Assembly: GCF_006345805.1 (NCBI RefSeq)
Contig: NC_042998.1
Location: forward strand, 60,512,001 to 60,576,000
Origin: Octopus sinensis
Taxonomy: Eukaryota
Direction: 5' to 3'
DNA length: 64,000 nt
A program made the position numbers and the translations under genes. The notes beneath the pieces are model-generated. The model had not been told where the DNA came from, made no database searches, and saw only the letters and a program-made list of their open reading frames with translations. How positions within the stretch are numbered: the stretch's first letter is position 1; each line of letters starts with the position of its first letter. Shown one piece after another: positions 1 through 12,740 of the stretch.

Positions 1-236
1 CACCTTTTCGGGGTCGATGCACTGGAGTCGATATAACTGACTGGCTCTCTCATCAAACTTCAAGACTTGTGTCTGAGGTAGAAAGGAATATTTTTAGTTC
101 CAGTCAATAGCCGAACAACTCAGTGAATTGTTTTCGATATACATATCAAAGACGTATTTATATGAAGCCACAAATATTCTTGATGGCATTCGGCACTTCA
201 TGAACCCACTGATTAGCCTTAGTGTAAAATACGAAA

Positions 237-305
<69 letters not shown>

Positions 306-3300
306 GAGCCTAATGATTATGATAATATAAAAAGTAAAATAATCAAAGAACTGAAAACCACAGAGCTCAAAATGGACCACCGACCATACCTCCCAAAAAT
401 CAAAATAGACGAAACAATAACACCAATTATAAACAGCATAAACCTAGCCGTCACGGAACTAATTGCCGCTGAAACAAAAAGCGATATCACTGAGCTAAAT
501 GACTTAGTATACGCAGCACCCACTGCAGCCACAAAAGAAGCTGGATACTCACTCAAACCCATCCAAACAGGAGTACTACCACCCAAACAAACCCTGTGGA
601 TAAATAACATCCAAAACAAAATACAAAAAATGAGAAAAGATCTGTCGATTCTTAATGAAATCAGTAGACAATCAACGCTACTGAGCAACAAAAAGAAAAC
701 AAAAATACTCCGCAAATATAACATCACAGAAAAAGAATTACCTGAGATAAAAGAAAAGCTGAAGCAAGATATCCTTGCCAAAGCACAAAGGATCCGCCGG
801 TACGAGAAACGCCAGCGCTTCTTTGAACAAAACAAAAAGTTCAACTCCAACCCCAAAAAGTTCTACCAAGAACTTGGCAAAAATAAAATAGAAATCACTG
901 CAGCACCAACGGCAGAAGAAGTGGAAGAATTCTGGAGAGAAATATGGTCGGCGAACGAACAACCAAAAAAAAGGAATATCAAAACAACAAACTCAGCATC
1001 TGAGCAACTTTGGACCCCCATAACAACTGAAGAGGTCACCCAGGCACTGCAAAGACTAAGCAACTGGAAGGCACCTGGGAATGACAAGATCCCCAACTTC
1101 TGGTTGAAATATCTAACAGGAATGCACAAAAAGCTGGCTGAAAACTTTAACAACATACTAGCAGAGCCAGAGACAATGCCTGAATGGCTCACGAAGGGGA
1201 AAACCATCTTAATTCCCAAATCAAATGAGACAGCAAAACCAGAAAACTACAGACCAATAACCTGTCTCCCTACTATGTACAAGGCATTTACTGCAGTGAT
1301 ATCGCAAAGGTTGAACAAGCACCTGGACGAAAACAATCTGTTTCCAGAAGAGCAGAAAGGATGCCGCAAAGGCTCATATGGCTGTAAAGATCAACTAATG
1401 ATTAATAAAGCCATAACTGAAGACAGCCACAGAAAGAAGAAAGGCCTCAGTATGGCCTGGATCGACTACAAAAAGGCGTTTGATAGCATCCCCCACACAT
1501 GGATCCTCGAAACACTAGCCATTAACAAAGTAGCACCAACAATTATAAAATTCATAGGGCACTCTATGAATAAATGGCAAACAGTGCTACAGCTCCCCCC
1601 AAAAAAGGGACTCATGAAAACCAAAGCCATCCCCATTAGAAGAGGAATATTCCAGGGAGACACGCTCTCTCCACTCCTTTTCTGCTTGGCACTGTCACCT
1701 CTATCTGATATGCTAAATAGAACTGGATGCGGATATAAATATTACGGCAAAACGATCAGCCACCTTTTATATATGGATGACCTAAAACTATACGCTGCAA
1801 ATGACAAACAGCTGGAAACACTATTAAAGACAGTTCATGGATTTACCAAAGAAATAGATATGAAATTTGGATTAGAAAAATGCGCCAAAGTAACCATGAA
1901 AAGAGGAAAACTAGTTAAGAGTAACAACATCACACTAGATAAAACCAATGAAATAAAAGAATTAGACCAAAGCCAAACTTACAAATACTTAGGAATCCAT
2001 GAACTAGATAAGACACAACACACACAAATGAAAGAGAAAATAAAAAAAGAATATTATAGACGAGTTAGATCAATACTAAAAACAGAGCTCAATGCTAAAA
2101 ACAAGATAATAGGTATCAACACTTTAGCTGTCCCAGTTATAAGTTACAGCTACAATATCCTTAACTGGACACGAAATGAACTGTCCAAAATAGATAGGAA
2201 AACAAGAAAAATACTGACAAGATCTAGGATGCATCACCCAAAATCTGACATAGAAAGACTATATATACAACGTATAGAAGGTGGTAGAGGCCTTATACAG
2301 CTGGAAAACTACTATAAAATAACCACCATAGGACTGCAAAAATACCTACTTCAGAAGGAAGGAAAACTGATCCAGATAGCAGCAAAACACGAGCAAAAAA
2401 AAAACTGTTCTCAGCATTTAAGGAAGCTGACAAATACAAACAAGAAATCATACCACCTAATAAACACGAAGAAGAAGAAGAAGATGATGAAGAAACAACA
2501 AAAGCTATAAAACAAATGAAATCCAAACTAAAAATAGAACAGCAACGAACCATGATAAAACGATGGCAAGAAAAGCCCCTTCATGGTAAATACTGCACTA
2601 AACTAAACGCAAAAGAAATAGACAAAGAAAAATCCCAGCAATGGTTGAGAAGCTCAGGACTCAAAGCAGAAACAGAGGGATTTTTAATTGCAGCACAAGA
2701 CCAAAGCCTCCCCACCAGAAATTACCAAAAACATGTAATGAAAAGAAATATTACAAGTAACTGCAGAATATTTGGAGATGGACAAGAAACAATAAATCAT
2801 ATTATCTCTAGCTGCTCAGTCCTGGCTAAGAAGGAATATATTCACAGACATGACAGAGTTGGAACCTACATACATTGGAAGCTATGCCAACATTATGGAA
2901 TAACAACAGAAAAAAGATGGTATAGGCACACACCAGAAAAGGTCACAGAAAACAAGAAAGCAACCATACTCTGGGATATGCCGATACACACAGATAGAGA
3001 AATTAAGGCCAACAGACCAGATATAGTTGTCAGAGATCATGAAGAAAAAAAATGCTTTCTAATTGATGTATCAATACCGGCAGATGACAACGTGTCTCTA
3101 AAAGAAATGGAGAAACTCTCAAAATACAAAGACCTGGAAATAGAGGTAACTAGAATGTGGAATCTGAAAACAGAAACAATTCCTATCATAGTAGGTGCAT
3201 TAGGCATGATAAAAAAATATTCAGACAAATACATAACAAAAACACCAGGACTTGCAAACACATATAACATACAGAAAATTGCACTACTAGGCACTGCACA

Positions 3301-3425
3301 CATCCTACGCAGAACACTTTCCATACAATAACCATCAGAGCATCACAACAAATCACAGCACATACCCAAGGCACACAGAGCTGCGCTCGGTAGTGAAGTG
3401 AAAGCACGCTATAAAAATAAAACTA

Positions 3426-3428
<3 letters not shown>
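306..3428 (+). mobile_element. 5'-truncated R4/Dong-like non-LTR retrotransposon (RT plus C-terminal CCHC finger and restriction-like endonuclease), family A
   Basis: Reading frame is open from the (TAA)n junction at 306. RT motifs WKAPGNDKI, NYRPITC, EQKG, WIDYKKAFDS, GIFQGDTLSP, HLLYMDDLK are present. After one frameshift near the poly-A at ~2395-2404 the frame continues into CRIF..ETINHIISSC and the RLE motifs KANRPDIV..FLIDVSIP..EKLSKYKDL. (TAA)n lies on both sides (238-305, 3429-3497). Confidence 0.92.
372..3331 (+). pseudogene. RT-RLE ORF of Dong/R4-like family A, split by one frameshift (ORF track 372-2510 and 2516-3331)
   Basis: Two ORFs in different frames carry consecutive RT and CCHC/RLE domains. 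The first finger shows an apparent C-to-F change (CRIF). Confidence 0.85.
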
Positions 3429-3497
<69 letters not shown>

Positions 3498-3500
<3 letters not shown>

Positions 3501-3953
3501 GTACAGCAAATATTCTACTCAATACCACAGATTTGCTTGTCAGTTGTTTGACCTTATCCAGTTGAGCATGTCCCTTGGTGGCTGATGATATATGCATCTC
3601 TGATCACGAGCAGAAATAGTGGGGGAGCATCATAGCCATGTGTTGAGAGGGATTCTTTGGGGTTTGGATAATTCACCCTTGGAAACATGGGTGTTTCGTT
3701 CATCATCCTTAAGCAAACCTTATTCAGGGACCTTTTGAGCAGGATGGGTTACTTGACCGGAAGAAAATTCTAACTGAGCACCGCCTGCAAGGTCATGCGC
3801 TGTTTCTCGTGATATGAGATCACCTTGTCGCGCATATATGGTTGTGATGCATGTGCCTAGTGTACCCTTATCAGACGGGTAGTCATGATGGGTATATTGG
3901 GCTTTGTATATTTTACTCCAGTGTCACTTTGATGACATGCACTGCTCTCTCAC

Positions 3954-3955
<2 letters not shown>
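3498..3955 (+). mobile_element. Severely 5'-truncated copy of a third Dong/R4-like family (last codons plus 3' UTR)
   Basis: Bounded by (TAA)n on both sides. The first codons read GTANIL, matching the ORF ends of both neighbours (LGTAHILRR, TGTSHVLRR). About 390 bp of non-coding sequence follows. Confidence 0.6.
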
Positions 3956-4036
<81 letters not shown>

Positions 4037-4037
<1 letters not shown>

Positions 4038-6408
4038 CAGTAAGCTAGTTCAGCTGCTCAATGGAATTATGAGAGACCCAAAGAAAACACCTGAATGGTT
4101 AGCAAGTGGCATTACTTACCTACTCCCAAAGAATAACGAAACCAACCTTCCAAAAAACTATCGGCCTATAACCTGTCTATCCACCACGTATAAAATCCTA
4201 ACATCTATCCTGGCGGAGAAAACATGCATTCATGGAGAAGAACGATATTTTCCCCATTGAACAAAAAGGGTGCCGCCGAGGCTCTTACGGATGCAAAGAT
4301 CAACTGCTAATCAATCGTATGATCCTTGAGAACTGTCACAACAAGCGCAGAAATCTCAGCACCGCATGGATTGACTATAAAAAGGCCTTCGACAGTATAC
4401 CGCATCCATGGATCTTGAGATCGCTGGACATCTTCAAAATTTCCCCTGTGATTTCAAACTTCCTGAAGCACAATATGTCGTTGTGGAATACGAATCACCA
4501 ATTATACCACTCTAATGGAGTACTTGCCTCAGAAAATATAAACATCAACTGTGGAATTTTTCAAGGTGACTCACTTTCACCTTTAATATTCTGCATAGCC
4601 CTAATACCCCTTACAAGTGAATTAAACAGAACAGGGTATGGGTATAAAATTGCCAATAAAAAAATAAGCCATCTATTTTATATGGATGACTTAAAACTTT
4701 ATGGTAAAGACAATAATGAACTTGAAGGCCTATTGCGCACCGTGAAAGCATTCAGCGATGACATCGGGATGGAGTTTGGACTTGAGAAGTGTGCCAAGGC
4801 CACTTTCCAGAAAGGGAAAGTGAAGACCACAAATTCAGTCGTGTTAGATGTTGACACAGTCATAAGAGAGCTTGAGCAAGAACAAACATACAAATATTTA
4901 GGGATAAATGAAGGCTCTGGTATTCAGCATGCAAGCATGAAAGAGAAAATCAGGAAGGAATGTTATAGGAGAGTTTGTGCAGTCCTGAAATCTGAACTAA
5001 ATGCACGTAACAAGGTGTTAGCTATAAATTCCTTAGCAGTTCCAGTTGTTACTTATAGCTACAATGTGTTGAACTGGAATATGAGTGAAGTAAAGAATAT
5101 AGATAGAAAAATACGCAAGCTGCTGAGTTGTAATAGGATGCACCACCCAAAGGCAGACGTAGATCGCCTTTACCTTCCCAGAGCCCAAGGAGGTCGAGGC
5201 CTGATCCAATTTGAACTAGCTTACAAAACAACCACAATTGGACTGGCCAAATATCTCGAAATATCGAATGACTGGATGCTAAAGCTCGTGGAAAATCACG
5301 AGAGACGAAAGAAGCTTCATTCTATCATCAAGGAAAGCAAAAAATTTGCTATTGATCTCGTGCAGGATACCCAAACTGAACAACCCGAGGGAAGTACGGC
5401 AACTATTGTTGCAAAGAAGGTGAAAATGATGGCAATGAAAAAAGCGCACGAGCAATTGGCTGATAGGTGGGAGGAGAAACCTCTGCACGGCAAATATGTG
5501 ACCCGCAGCAAACAAGCTGATGTTGACCAGAAGCAAACCCATCAGTGGCTACGGAGCTCAGGGCTAAAAGCAGAGAGCGAAGGTTTCATCCTGGCTGCTC
5601 AAGATCAAAGCCTATTAAGCCGGAACTACCAGGCCAATGTGATGAAAAAATGGAGCAGACCCAAAATGCCGATTCTGCAACGACATGATTGAAACAGTGG
5701 ACCACCTAATCTCTGGATGTAAAGTCTTAGCACCAGTGGAGTATAAATTAAGACATGACAGAGTTGGCCAATATCTCCACTGGCTAATAAGTCAGCATTA
5801 CAATATCAAAACTGCCGACAAGTGGTATAATCACCACCCTGAGGCTGTAACTGAAGGAGAAAATGTAACCATTCTGTGGGACTTTCCAGTACATACAGAC
5901 CGAACCATCAAGGCCAATAAACCAGATATTGTTGTGAAAGACCAAAACAATAAAGTTTGCTTATTGATCGACATGAGCATCCCCTGTGATCATCATATCT
6001 CAGCGAAAGAGTTTGACAAGCTCAGAAAATATAAAGACCTACTCATTGAAATTGAGAAATTGTGGCATCTCAAGGCGGTTACAATACCAGTGATCGTAGG
6101 AGCACTAGGAATGATCAAGAAGGGAACCGAAAATTATATGAGAATGATCCCTGGCTTACCATCCCTGCAAGAAGTGCAAAAGATTGTCTTAACTGGTACA
6201 TCACACGTATTGAGAAGAGCATTGTCGGTGTGAGAACCGTTGCAGCTCGTGTATTTTAATTTAACTTTAAAAAAAAAAAAAAAAAATGAACGAACTACTG
6301 AGTTTGGTTTAATGGCCTACCAATGTATACTATGAGTTTCTTTGCCCTAGGAGTCGGGAAGACACTCGGCAAGAAATGGAAGCAAATTTGAAAGAAGAAG
6401 AAAAAAAA
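4037..6408 (+). mobile_element. 5'-truncated R4/Dong-like RLE LINE, family B (two frameshifts)
   Basis: ORFs 4069-4260, 4232-5692 and 5685-6233 carry NYRPITC, WIDYKKAFDS, GIFQGDSLSP, HLFYMDDLK, ETVDHLISGC, KANKPDIV..LLIDMSIP, KYKDL. Flanked by (TAA)n at 3956-4035 and by (TAA)/(TAAA)n from ~6409. Confidence 0.9.
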
Positions 6409-6424
6409 GTAATAATAATAATAA

Positions 6425-6455
<31 letters not shown>

Positions 6456-7394
6456 ATGGAAAAAAATCTACCTAAATTATACTCGTTGTAATATGAAACT
6501 GTGCCAACCGAGTACTGCAGAAACCGAGGGTAACTTTTATGTATGTGTTTATTATAGCTGTGTGGTTAGAAAGGCGTGGGCATGGCTGTATTGTTAAGAA
6601 ATTCGCTTTGCAACAACGTGATTTCTAGTTCAGTCCCACTGCAGGACATCTTTATGCATGTGTTTTCTATTATAACTTCGCGCTATAGAATGTTTTCTGA
6701 GTGAATTTGGTACAGGAAAACTGTGTAGAAATCCATTGTAAGTATATATGTGTGTGTATGTGTGTATGTGTGTATGTGTGTATGTGTGTATGTTGTGCGT
6801 ACACGCGCTTGTGTATGTTTGTCTTTAGGTCTAGGCCTGTCTCCTAACTACCAATACTTAAAAATCGACGTTGATTTGTTTACGTCTCCGAAACTTCGAG
6901 GTTCGGCAAATGAGATTGCTACAATATGCAGTAAACTTTAAAATAACTACTGGATCGATTTGTTTGACAAAACTCTTAAGGGACCCCAGCATGTCTGCAG
7001 TCCAATGACTGATGCCAGTAAAAGATAAAAGTTATATATATATATGTATGTATGAATGTATATATATATACATCACTATATATATATGTATGTATGAATG
7101 TATATATATATACATCACTACACTCAATGCATACTCTCACCCATCCGCACGGATGTGGTAGCGAATCACCGGTGCATATATTGAGGCTCATACGTAGCAC
7201 TATGGAAGCGAACGTCATTGAAATTGTGAATGGAATGGATGGAATTGGGAATTGTAACCGGGTGGTAGGCTAGCGTTGCTTGGGATTGGGAGTGGAATAA
7301 TGTAGTAGAATGGCAGACATCGGGAATAGACGTGGATTGCTGAAAATTGTTTGTTGGGACTGCCAAGATAGACTAAAGCTCATAAATACATATA

Positions 7395-9600
7395 ATAATT
7401 TATCATGGTAGTTTTATTAAAGAATCCATTCATAATAATTTTTTTAAGTAGTGTTGGTTTGCCACGTGAATATAGTTTTTAATTCCATTTATTCTATTTC
7501 TCCATTCATAATTTTAAATGACGTTTGCTTCCATGGCGCGTATTCTTTTTATACATAAGTTATGTTCCTATGGTAACGTAATTTTGGTTTGATTTTTTTA
7601 ACGGCTTAGAATTTAATTTCACTTCATAATTTGAAACTGACTTGAAAGTATGTATATTATTTCTCCTTATGTCATATTGTTATTTTTGATATTCTGGTTA
7701 ATTACGATGTATTTTATATATCGTTTATGTGTAATAATGTTGTTTTTCTTTGGAGTGTTTATGTATGTGAGATTGTGTGTGAGTGTGTGCGTATTTTGGT
7801 TGTATAATTTGTTTATCTGTATGAGTGTGGGTGTGTAAATATTGTTGTATATATCGAGTTTGGTGAGTATGTATATGCGTATATGTGAGGGAGTGTATGT
7901 ATGTGTTGTGTGTGTGTGTTTTGCGTATGTGTGTTTGTGTGTGAATGTGTATATGGGTTTGTTATATAGGTTTGGGGATGTATGTGTTAATTTGTCTGTG
8001 TGGGGAGGGAGTGGGTTTTTGGTGTATATTGAGGTTTATACGTTAGTATAGGTATGTGTGAGTGAGGTGGGTATTTGTATAAGTCGTGGGTCTGTGGTTT
8101 ACGTGTGTGTATTTGTGTGTGAATGTTTAGGTTAGGGGGATTGCTATATAGGTTTGTTATAGAGTTTAGCAAAGGGAGATTTTATCATTATATGTTTTTG
8201 TGAGTTTTGATTTATCATGGTAGTTTTATTAAGGAATTCGTAGTAATTTGTCTATTTACGATGTTTGTTGTTTTATTACATTATTTCATTCATAATTTTT
8301 GAGTGGTGTTCGTTTTACCACGTGAATATTATTTATTCCATTTCTCCATTCATAATTTTAAAAGATGTTCGTTTCCAGAGCGGGAATACTTTTTATACAT
8401 ATGTTAGGTTCCTTGGTAACGTAATTTTGTTTGGTGTATATGTTGAGGCTTATATGTACTTGTGGGTGTGTGTGAGTGGGGTGGGTGTTTGTATTTGTTA
8501 TGGGTGTGTGGTTTACGTGTGTGTATTTGTGTGTGAATGTATAGGTTAAAGGGATTGCTATATAAGTATGTTATAGGGTTTAGTAAAGGGAGGTTTTATC
8601 ATTTATGTTTTTATGAGTTTTAATTTATCATGGTAGTTTTATTAAAGAATCCATTCATAATTTTTTTAAATAATGTTAGTTTACCGCGTGAATATAGTTT
8701 TTAATTCCATTTATTCTATTTCTCCATTCATAATTTTAAGTGACGTTTGCTTCCATAGCGCGTATTCTTTTTATACATAAGTTATGTTCCTATGGTAACG
8801 TAATTTTGGTTTGATGTTTTTTAACGGCTTAGAATTTAATTTCACTTCATAATTTGAAACTGACTTGAAAGTATGTATATTATTTCTCCTTATGTCATAT
8901 TGTTATTTTTGATATTCTGGTTACTTACGATGTATTTTATATATCGTATTATGTGTAATAATGTTGTTTTTCTTTGGAGTGTTTATGTATGTGGGATTGT
9001 GTGTGAGTGTGTGCGTATTTTGGTTGTGTAATTTATTTATCTGTATGAGTGTGGGTGTGTTAATATTGTTGTATATATCGAGTTTGGTGAGTATGTATAT
9101 GTATATGGTGTGTGTTTTACGTATGTATATTTTTGTGTGTGAATGTGTTTATGGGTTTGCTATATAGGTTTGGGGATGTATGTGTTTATTTGTCTGTGTG
9201 GGGTTGAGTGGATTTTTGGAGTATATGTTGAGGTTTATATGTATGTATAGGTATGTGTGAGTGAGGTGGGTATTTGTATATGTCGTGGGTGTGTGGTTTA
9301 CGTGTGTGTATTTGTGTGTGAATGTTTAGGTTAGGGGGATTGCTATATAGGTATGTTATAGAGTTTAGTAAAGGGAGATTTTATCATTATATGTTTTTAT
9401 GAGTTTTGGTTTTTCATGGTAGTTTTATTAAGGAATTCGTAGTAATTTGTGTCTATTTGCGATGTCTGTTGTTTTATTGCATGTTTTCATTCATAATTTT
9501 TAAGTAATGTTCGTTTTACCAAGTGAATATAATTTTTAATTCCATTTATTCCATTTCTCCATTCATAATTTTAAATGATGTCCGTTTCTAGAGCGGGAAT
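7395..9600. repeat. Complex higher-order tandem repeat (A-B-A-B, period ~1.2 kb), strongly T/G-rich on +
   Basis: The block tttatcatggtagttttattaa recurs at ~7399, ~8211 and ~8623, with a variant at ~9410. 7397-8200 matches 8622-9400, and 8210-8400 matches 9410-9600. Confidence 0.8.
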
Positions 9601-9999
9601 GTGGGTTGTATGTGTGTGTGAGGGAGTATCAATAAGTATTGTGTTGAAGTATTTGGCTATTTTATTTATTTATCGTTGCCTAGACGTTTTTATGTGTATG
9701 TATAGGGATATATATATAGGTGTGTGATTTAGTGTATGTATTTAGATATGGTTATATATAATTAGTTATATGTGTATGGGTGTATATATAGTTTATTTTT
9801 TGTTTTGTTTTATATTTTATATTTTATATTTAATTGTTGAAAGGTTTATTTTAGTTTATATATTGTTTATATATTGATTATATATGGATTATATATAGGT
9901 TATATATAGATTATATATTTATATTTTTTCATTAATACTTTAATTATTTTAAAATTATTATTTTTATATTTTAAAATATTGATATTTTAGATTGGAAGT

Positions 10000-10042
10000 C
10001 CACCTGAAGATTGTCGATTAGGACAAGAAACAATTGTAGTGG
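10000..10042 (+). ncRNA. Minimal type I hammerhead ribozyme
   Basis: CCAC-CTGAAGA-TTGTC(gattag)GACAA-GAAA-C-AATT-G-TA-GTGG. Stem I is CCAC/GTGG, stem II is a perfect 5 bp, stem III is the palindrome ACAATTGT, and the GUA cleavage site ends at 10038. Confidence 0.8.
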
Positions 10043-10127
10043 CGGTTTTTTTTACTTTTTATTAAAATTTTATGTATTGATTAAGTCTTTCCTTGTTTGT
10101 TTTGCAAAATAGTGGTTTTGTCTCTAA

Positions 10128-10188
<61 letters not shown>

Positions 10189-10193
10189 GAATG

Positions 10194-10266
<73 letters not shown>

Positions 10267-10419
10267 TGTATGTATGCACGCACACACAGAGACACACACA
10301 TGCATACATACATACACAGACACACACACATGCATACATACATACATACGTACATATATGTGTATGGTGTGTGTGTGTGTGTGTGTGTGTGTACATTGAT
10401 ATGGACACTGGCAGTGGAG

Positions 10420-10870
10420 ACTGCGAAGCTATGACCAGCAGGTATTCCAACAGCATCAGCACGCAGCAATTCATGCAACAATAGCAGGGTAGGGTCTGTG
10501 ACTCAGTTCAGACGGCGATGTGAGAATCTGATGGAAATTGTAGTCAAACCCAGGCTGGAGAGGGTTTCTGCTGAAAGGCCATATGCGTAGCAGCACGATT
10601 CAGCCCCTTGTCATACCTCTGCAAAATTCAGAGAATTTCTATGTTATGTCTTCACCAGCCACAGTCTACATCCTCTCAGTTCCCTCGATTGTAATCCCAT
10701 AAATTACTATGTGTGGGGGTGCGATTGAGAAAGACACCAACCGCTCTGCCTGTGACACCAAGGTCGAACTGATGCACAAGATCAAGGAGGTTTTCAAATA
10801 CCGCTCCAGGGACACAATCATAATCTAATTGATATTTTTTGATTTCGTTTTAAAAAAAACACTTTAATTG
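10420..10870 (+). mobile_element. Decayed Tc1/mariner-superfamily transposase fragment
   Basis: Degenerate motifs RPYA*QHDSAPCH and DCNPINYYVWG. Same family as 38100-38480. Confidence 0.65.
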
Positions 10871-11029
10871 TGAATGGGATATTGTGTTCTTTTTTTAATT
10901 TTATGCAAACTGTAAAACAATCTGCATACATACACGCATACATGCATACAATCATACATATGCAACTAACTATATGTATGAGAATACATACATAAAACAA
11001 AACATACAAATTTGCACACATACATAATA

Positions 11030-11515
11030 CATTATGGCTGCCCCCTCGTTATCGAGTATGGCCATTGTAGGAAGCTTAACTGTTACTGGTGATGTGATCG
11101 AATGTGACTTTTTAGCCCAGCTAAAGATCTACAATGTCTTGAACAAAATTGGCAACTAAGACCTTTACTGGCAATAGCTGGCTGTAGTTGTAACTGGGCT
11201 TCATGTACCTTTACATGTCGTTTAAGTCCCCCTGCCGAATTACACTCTCTTCCACATGCCTGACAGATATGATTAGTATGGTGTGTTACACCACCACCAG
11301 TGGCCAGGTTGTCACTCATCTGTCTCGTTTTATGACTACGAAGATGACTCATGAGTCCAGCTTTACTGAGGCAGGGTCTTGCACAGACATTGCATGTCAG
11401 AATCAAAGGAAGACCCTTCCCTTCTGGAAGTGTAACAGCGATGCCCTTCCTGACATCCCTCCTTACTTTCTCATGTGCAACTCGAGATTTCTCAAACGTG
11501 GCCGTCCCCTCATGC
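11030..11515 (-). mobile_element. 3' end of an RTE-like LINE carrying three C-terminal C2H2 zinc fingers
   Basis: The minus frame reads HEGTATFEKSR, then CNVCARPCLSKAGLMSHLRSH, CQACGRECNSAGGLKRHVKVH and CQFCSRHCRSLAGLKSHIRSH. The stop is at 11083, followed by a short 3' UTR. The 5' side is cut by (TACA)n. Confidence 0.7.
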
Positions 11516-11622
11516 ACATACATACATACATACATACATACATACATACATACATACATAATACATACATACATACATACTACATACATACATACATACA
11601 TTAACCATACGTATATTTTCAG

Positions 11623-11814
11623 TAGGAGCGATGTGCATGAATAAACCAAACGGAAATTACCCGATACAACATCATTGCAAGGAATATCTTCAGTGTCTTA
11701 ATGGAGTTGGTCAAATTAACACTTGTCCACCTCACCAGAATTATTATCCAGCGTTGCATACTTGCATACCGGAAGTGTCCTACCCATGTCAACCAAATCC
11801 CACTTCTCCAACAG
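11623..11814 (+). CDS. Exon of a chitin-binding type-2 (CBM14/peritrophin-A) multi-domain protein, domain 1
   Basis: Acceptor ttttcAG at 11621-22 and donor GTAAGT at 11815, phase 1-1. Translation gives C-x13-C-x5-C-x9-C-x12-C-x7-C (CMNKPNGNYPIQHHCKEYLQCLNGVGQINTCPPHQNYYPALHTCIPEVSYPC). Confidence 0.88.
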
Positions 11815-11859
11815 GTAAGTTACAAATTCCTGTCATATACATTTTTTTCTGCCTATACT

Positions 11860-12256
11860 CTCTTTTATTCTTTTACTTGTTTCAGTCATTTGACTGTGGC
11901 CATGCTGGAGCACCACCTTTAATCGAGCAACTCGACCCCGGGATTTATTCTTTGTAAGCCCAGTACTTATTCTATCGGTCTCTTTTGCCGAACCGCTAAG
12001 TTACGGGGACATAAACACACCAGCAGCGTTTGTCAAGCAAAGCTAGGGGGACAAACACAGACACACAAACACACGCTCATATATATATATATACATATAT
12101 ACGACGGGCTTCTTTCAGTTTCCGTCTACCAAATCCACTCACAAGGCTTTGGTCGGCCCGAGGCTATAGTAGAAGACACGTGCCCAAAGTCCCACGCAGT
12201 GGGACTGAACCCGGAACCATGTGGTCGGTTAGCAAGCTACTTACCACCCCTGCGCC
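11860..12256 (-). mobile_element. Full-length tRNA-derived SINE (octopus-type, family 1)
   Basis: Reverse-complement match to the copy at 40013-40415, with a tRNA-like head (B-box-like ggttccgggttcagtccca). Confidence 0.8.
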
Positions 12257-12458
12257 TATATGTATATTTTTCCCCTTTCGACATTTTAAAAAGATTATTC
12301 ACGGTGTTTCATTTCTTTATGAGAGAGTACATTATATCAGAAATCGATACAGCTCATTAACTCGAAATACAGATACAAACGCGCGCGCGCACAAACACAC
12401 ATACAAATACACACGTACGTACAGACACACACATATGGGTATGTATTGCTAGTATATA

Positions 12459-12705
12459 TTGGGTTGGTGCATAATTATTGCGGCTTCTTTCAACAAATTT
12501 TATTCAACAAAAACAATAACAATATTTAACAAGAATATCTTTAAATGGCGGTCTAACCGTCTACAAAGCAAATGAGAAGCAGTATTTGAAGTAGATGGTG
12601 AATATGCTCCGGAATAATCATTTAAAGATGTTTTTATTACATGTTATAGATTTTGTTGAATAAAATTTGTTGAAAAACAGCCGTAATAATTATGCACCAA
12701 CCCAA
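12459..12705. mobile_element. Mariner-derived MITE
   Basis: Left TIR ttgggttggtgcataattattgcggc and right TIR gccgtaataattatgcaccaacccaa, with TA at both ends. The TIR start resembles the mariner at 34023. Confidence 0.8.

Positions 12706-12740
<35 letters not shown>

Noticed and set aside
7680-8170. C-depleted, 'bisulfite-like' sequence with several surviving C in CpG
   Set aside because: The CpG excess is modest, and the same T/G skew occurs antisense to the A/C-rich retroelement ORFs at 47200-48000 and 58300-58800. Compositional bias is enough to explain it.
10081-10484. Many 60-220 aa ORFs (YIYI, CVCV, LSIY, MYVC types) here and at ~23620, 44950, 46030, 49540, 58760 and 61840
   Set aside because: They are translations of microsatellites.
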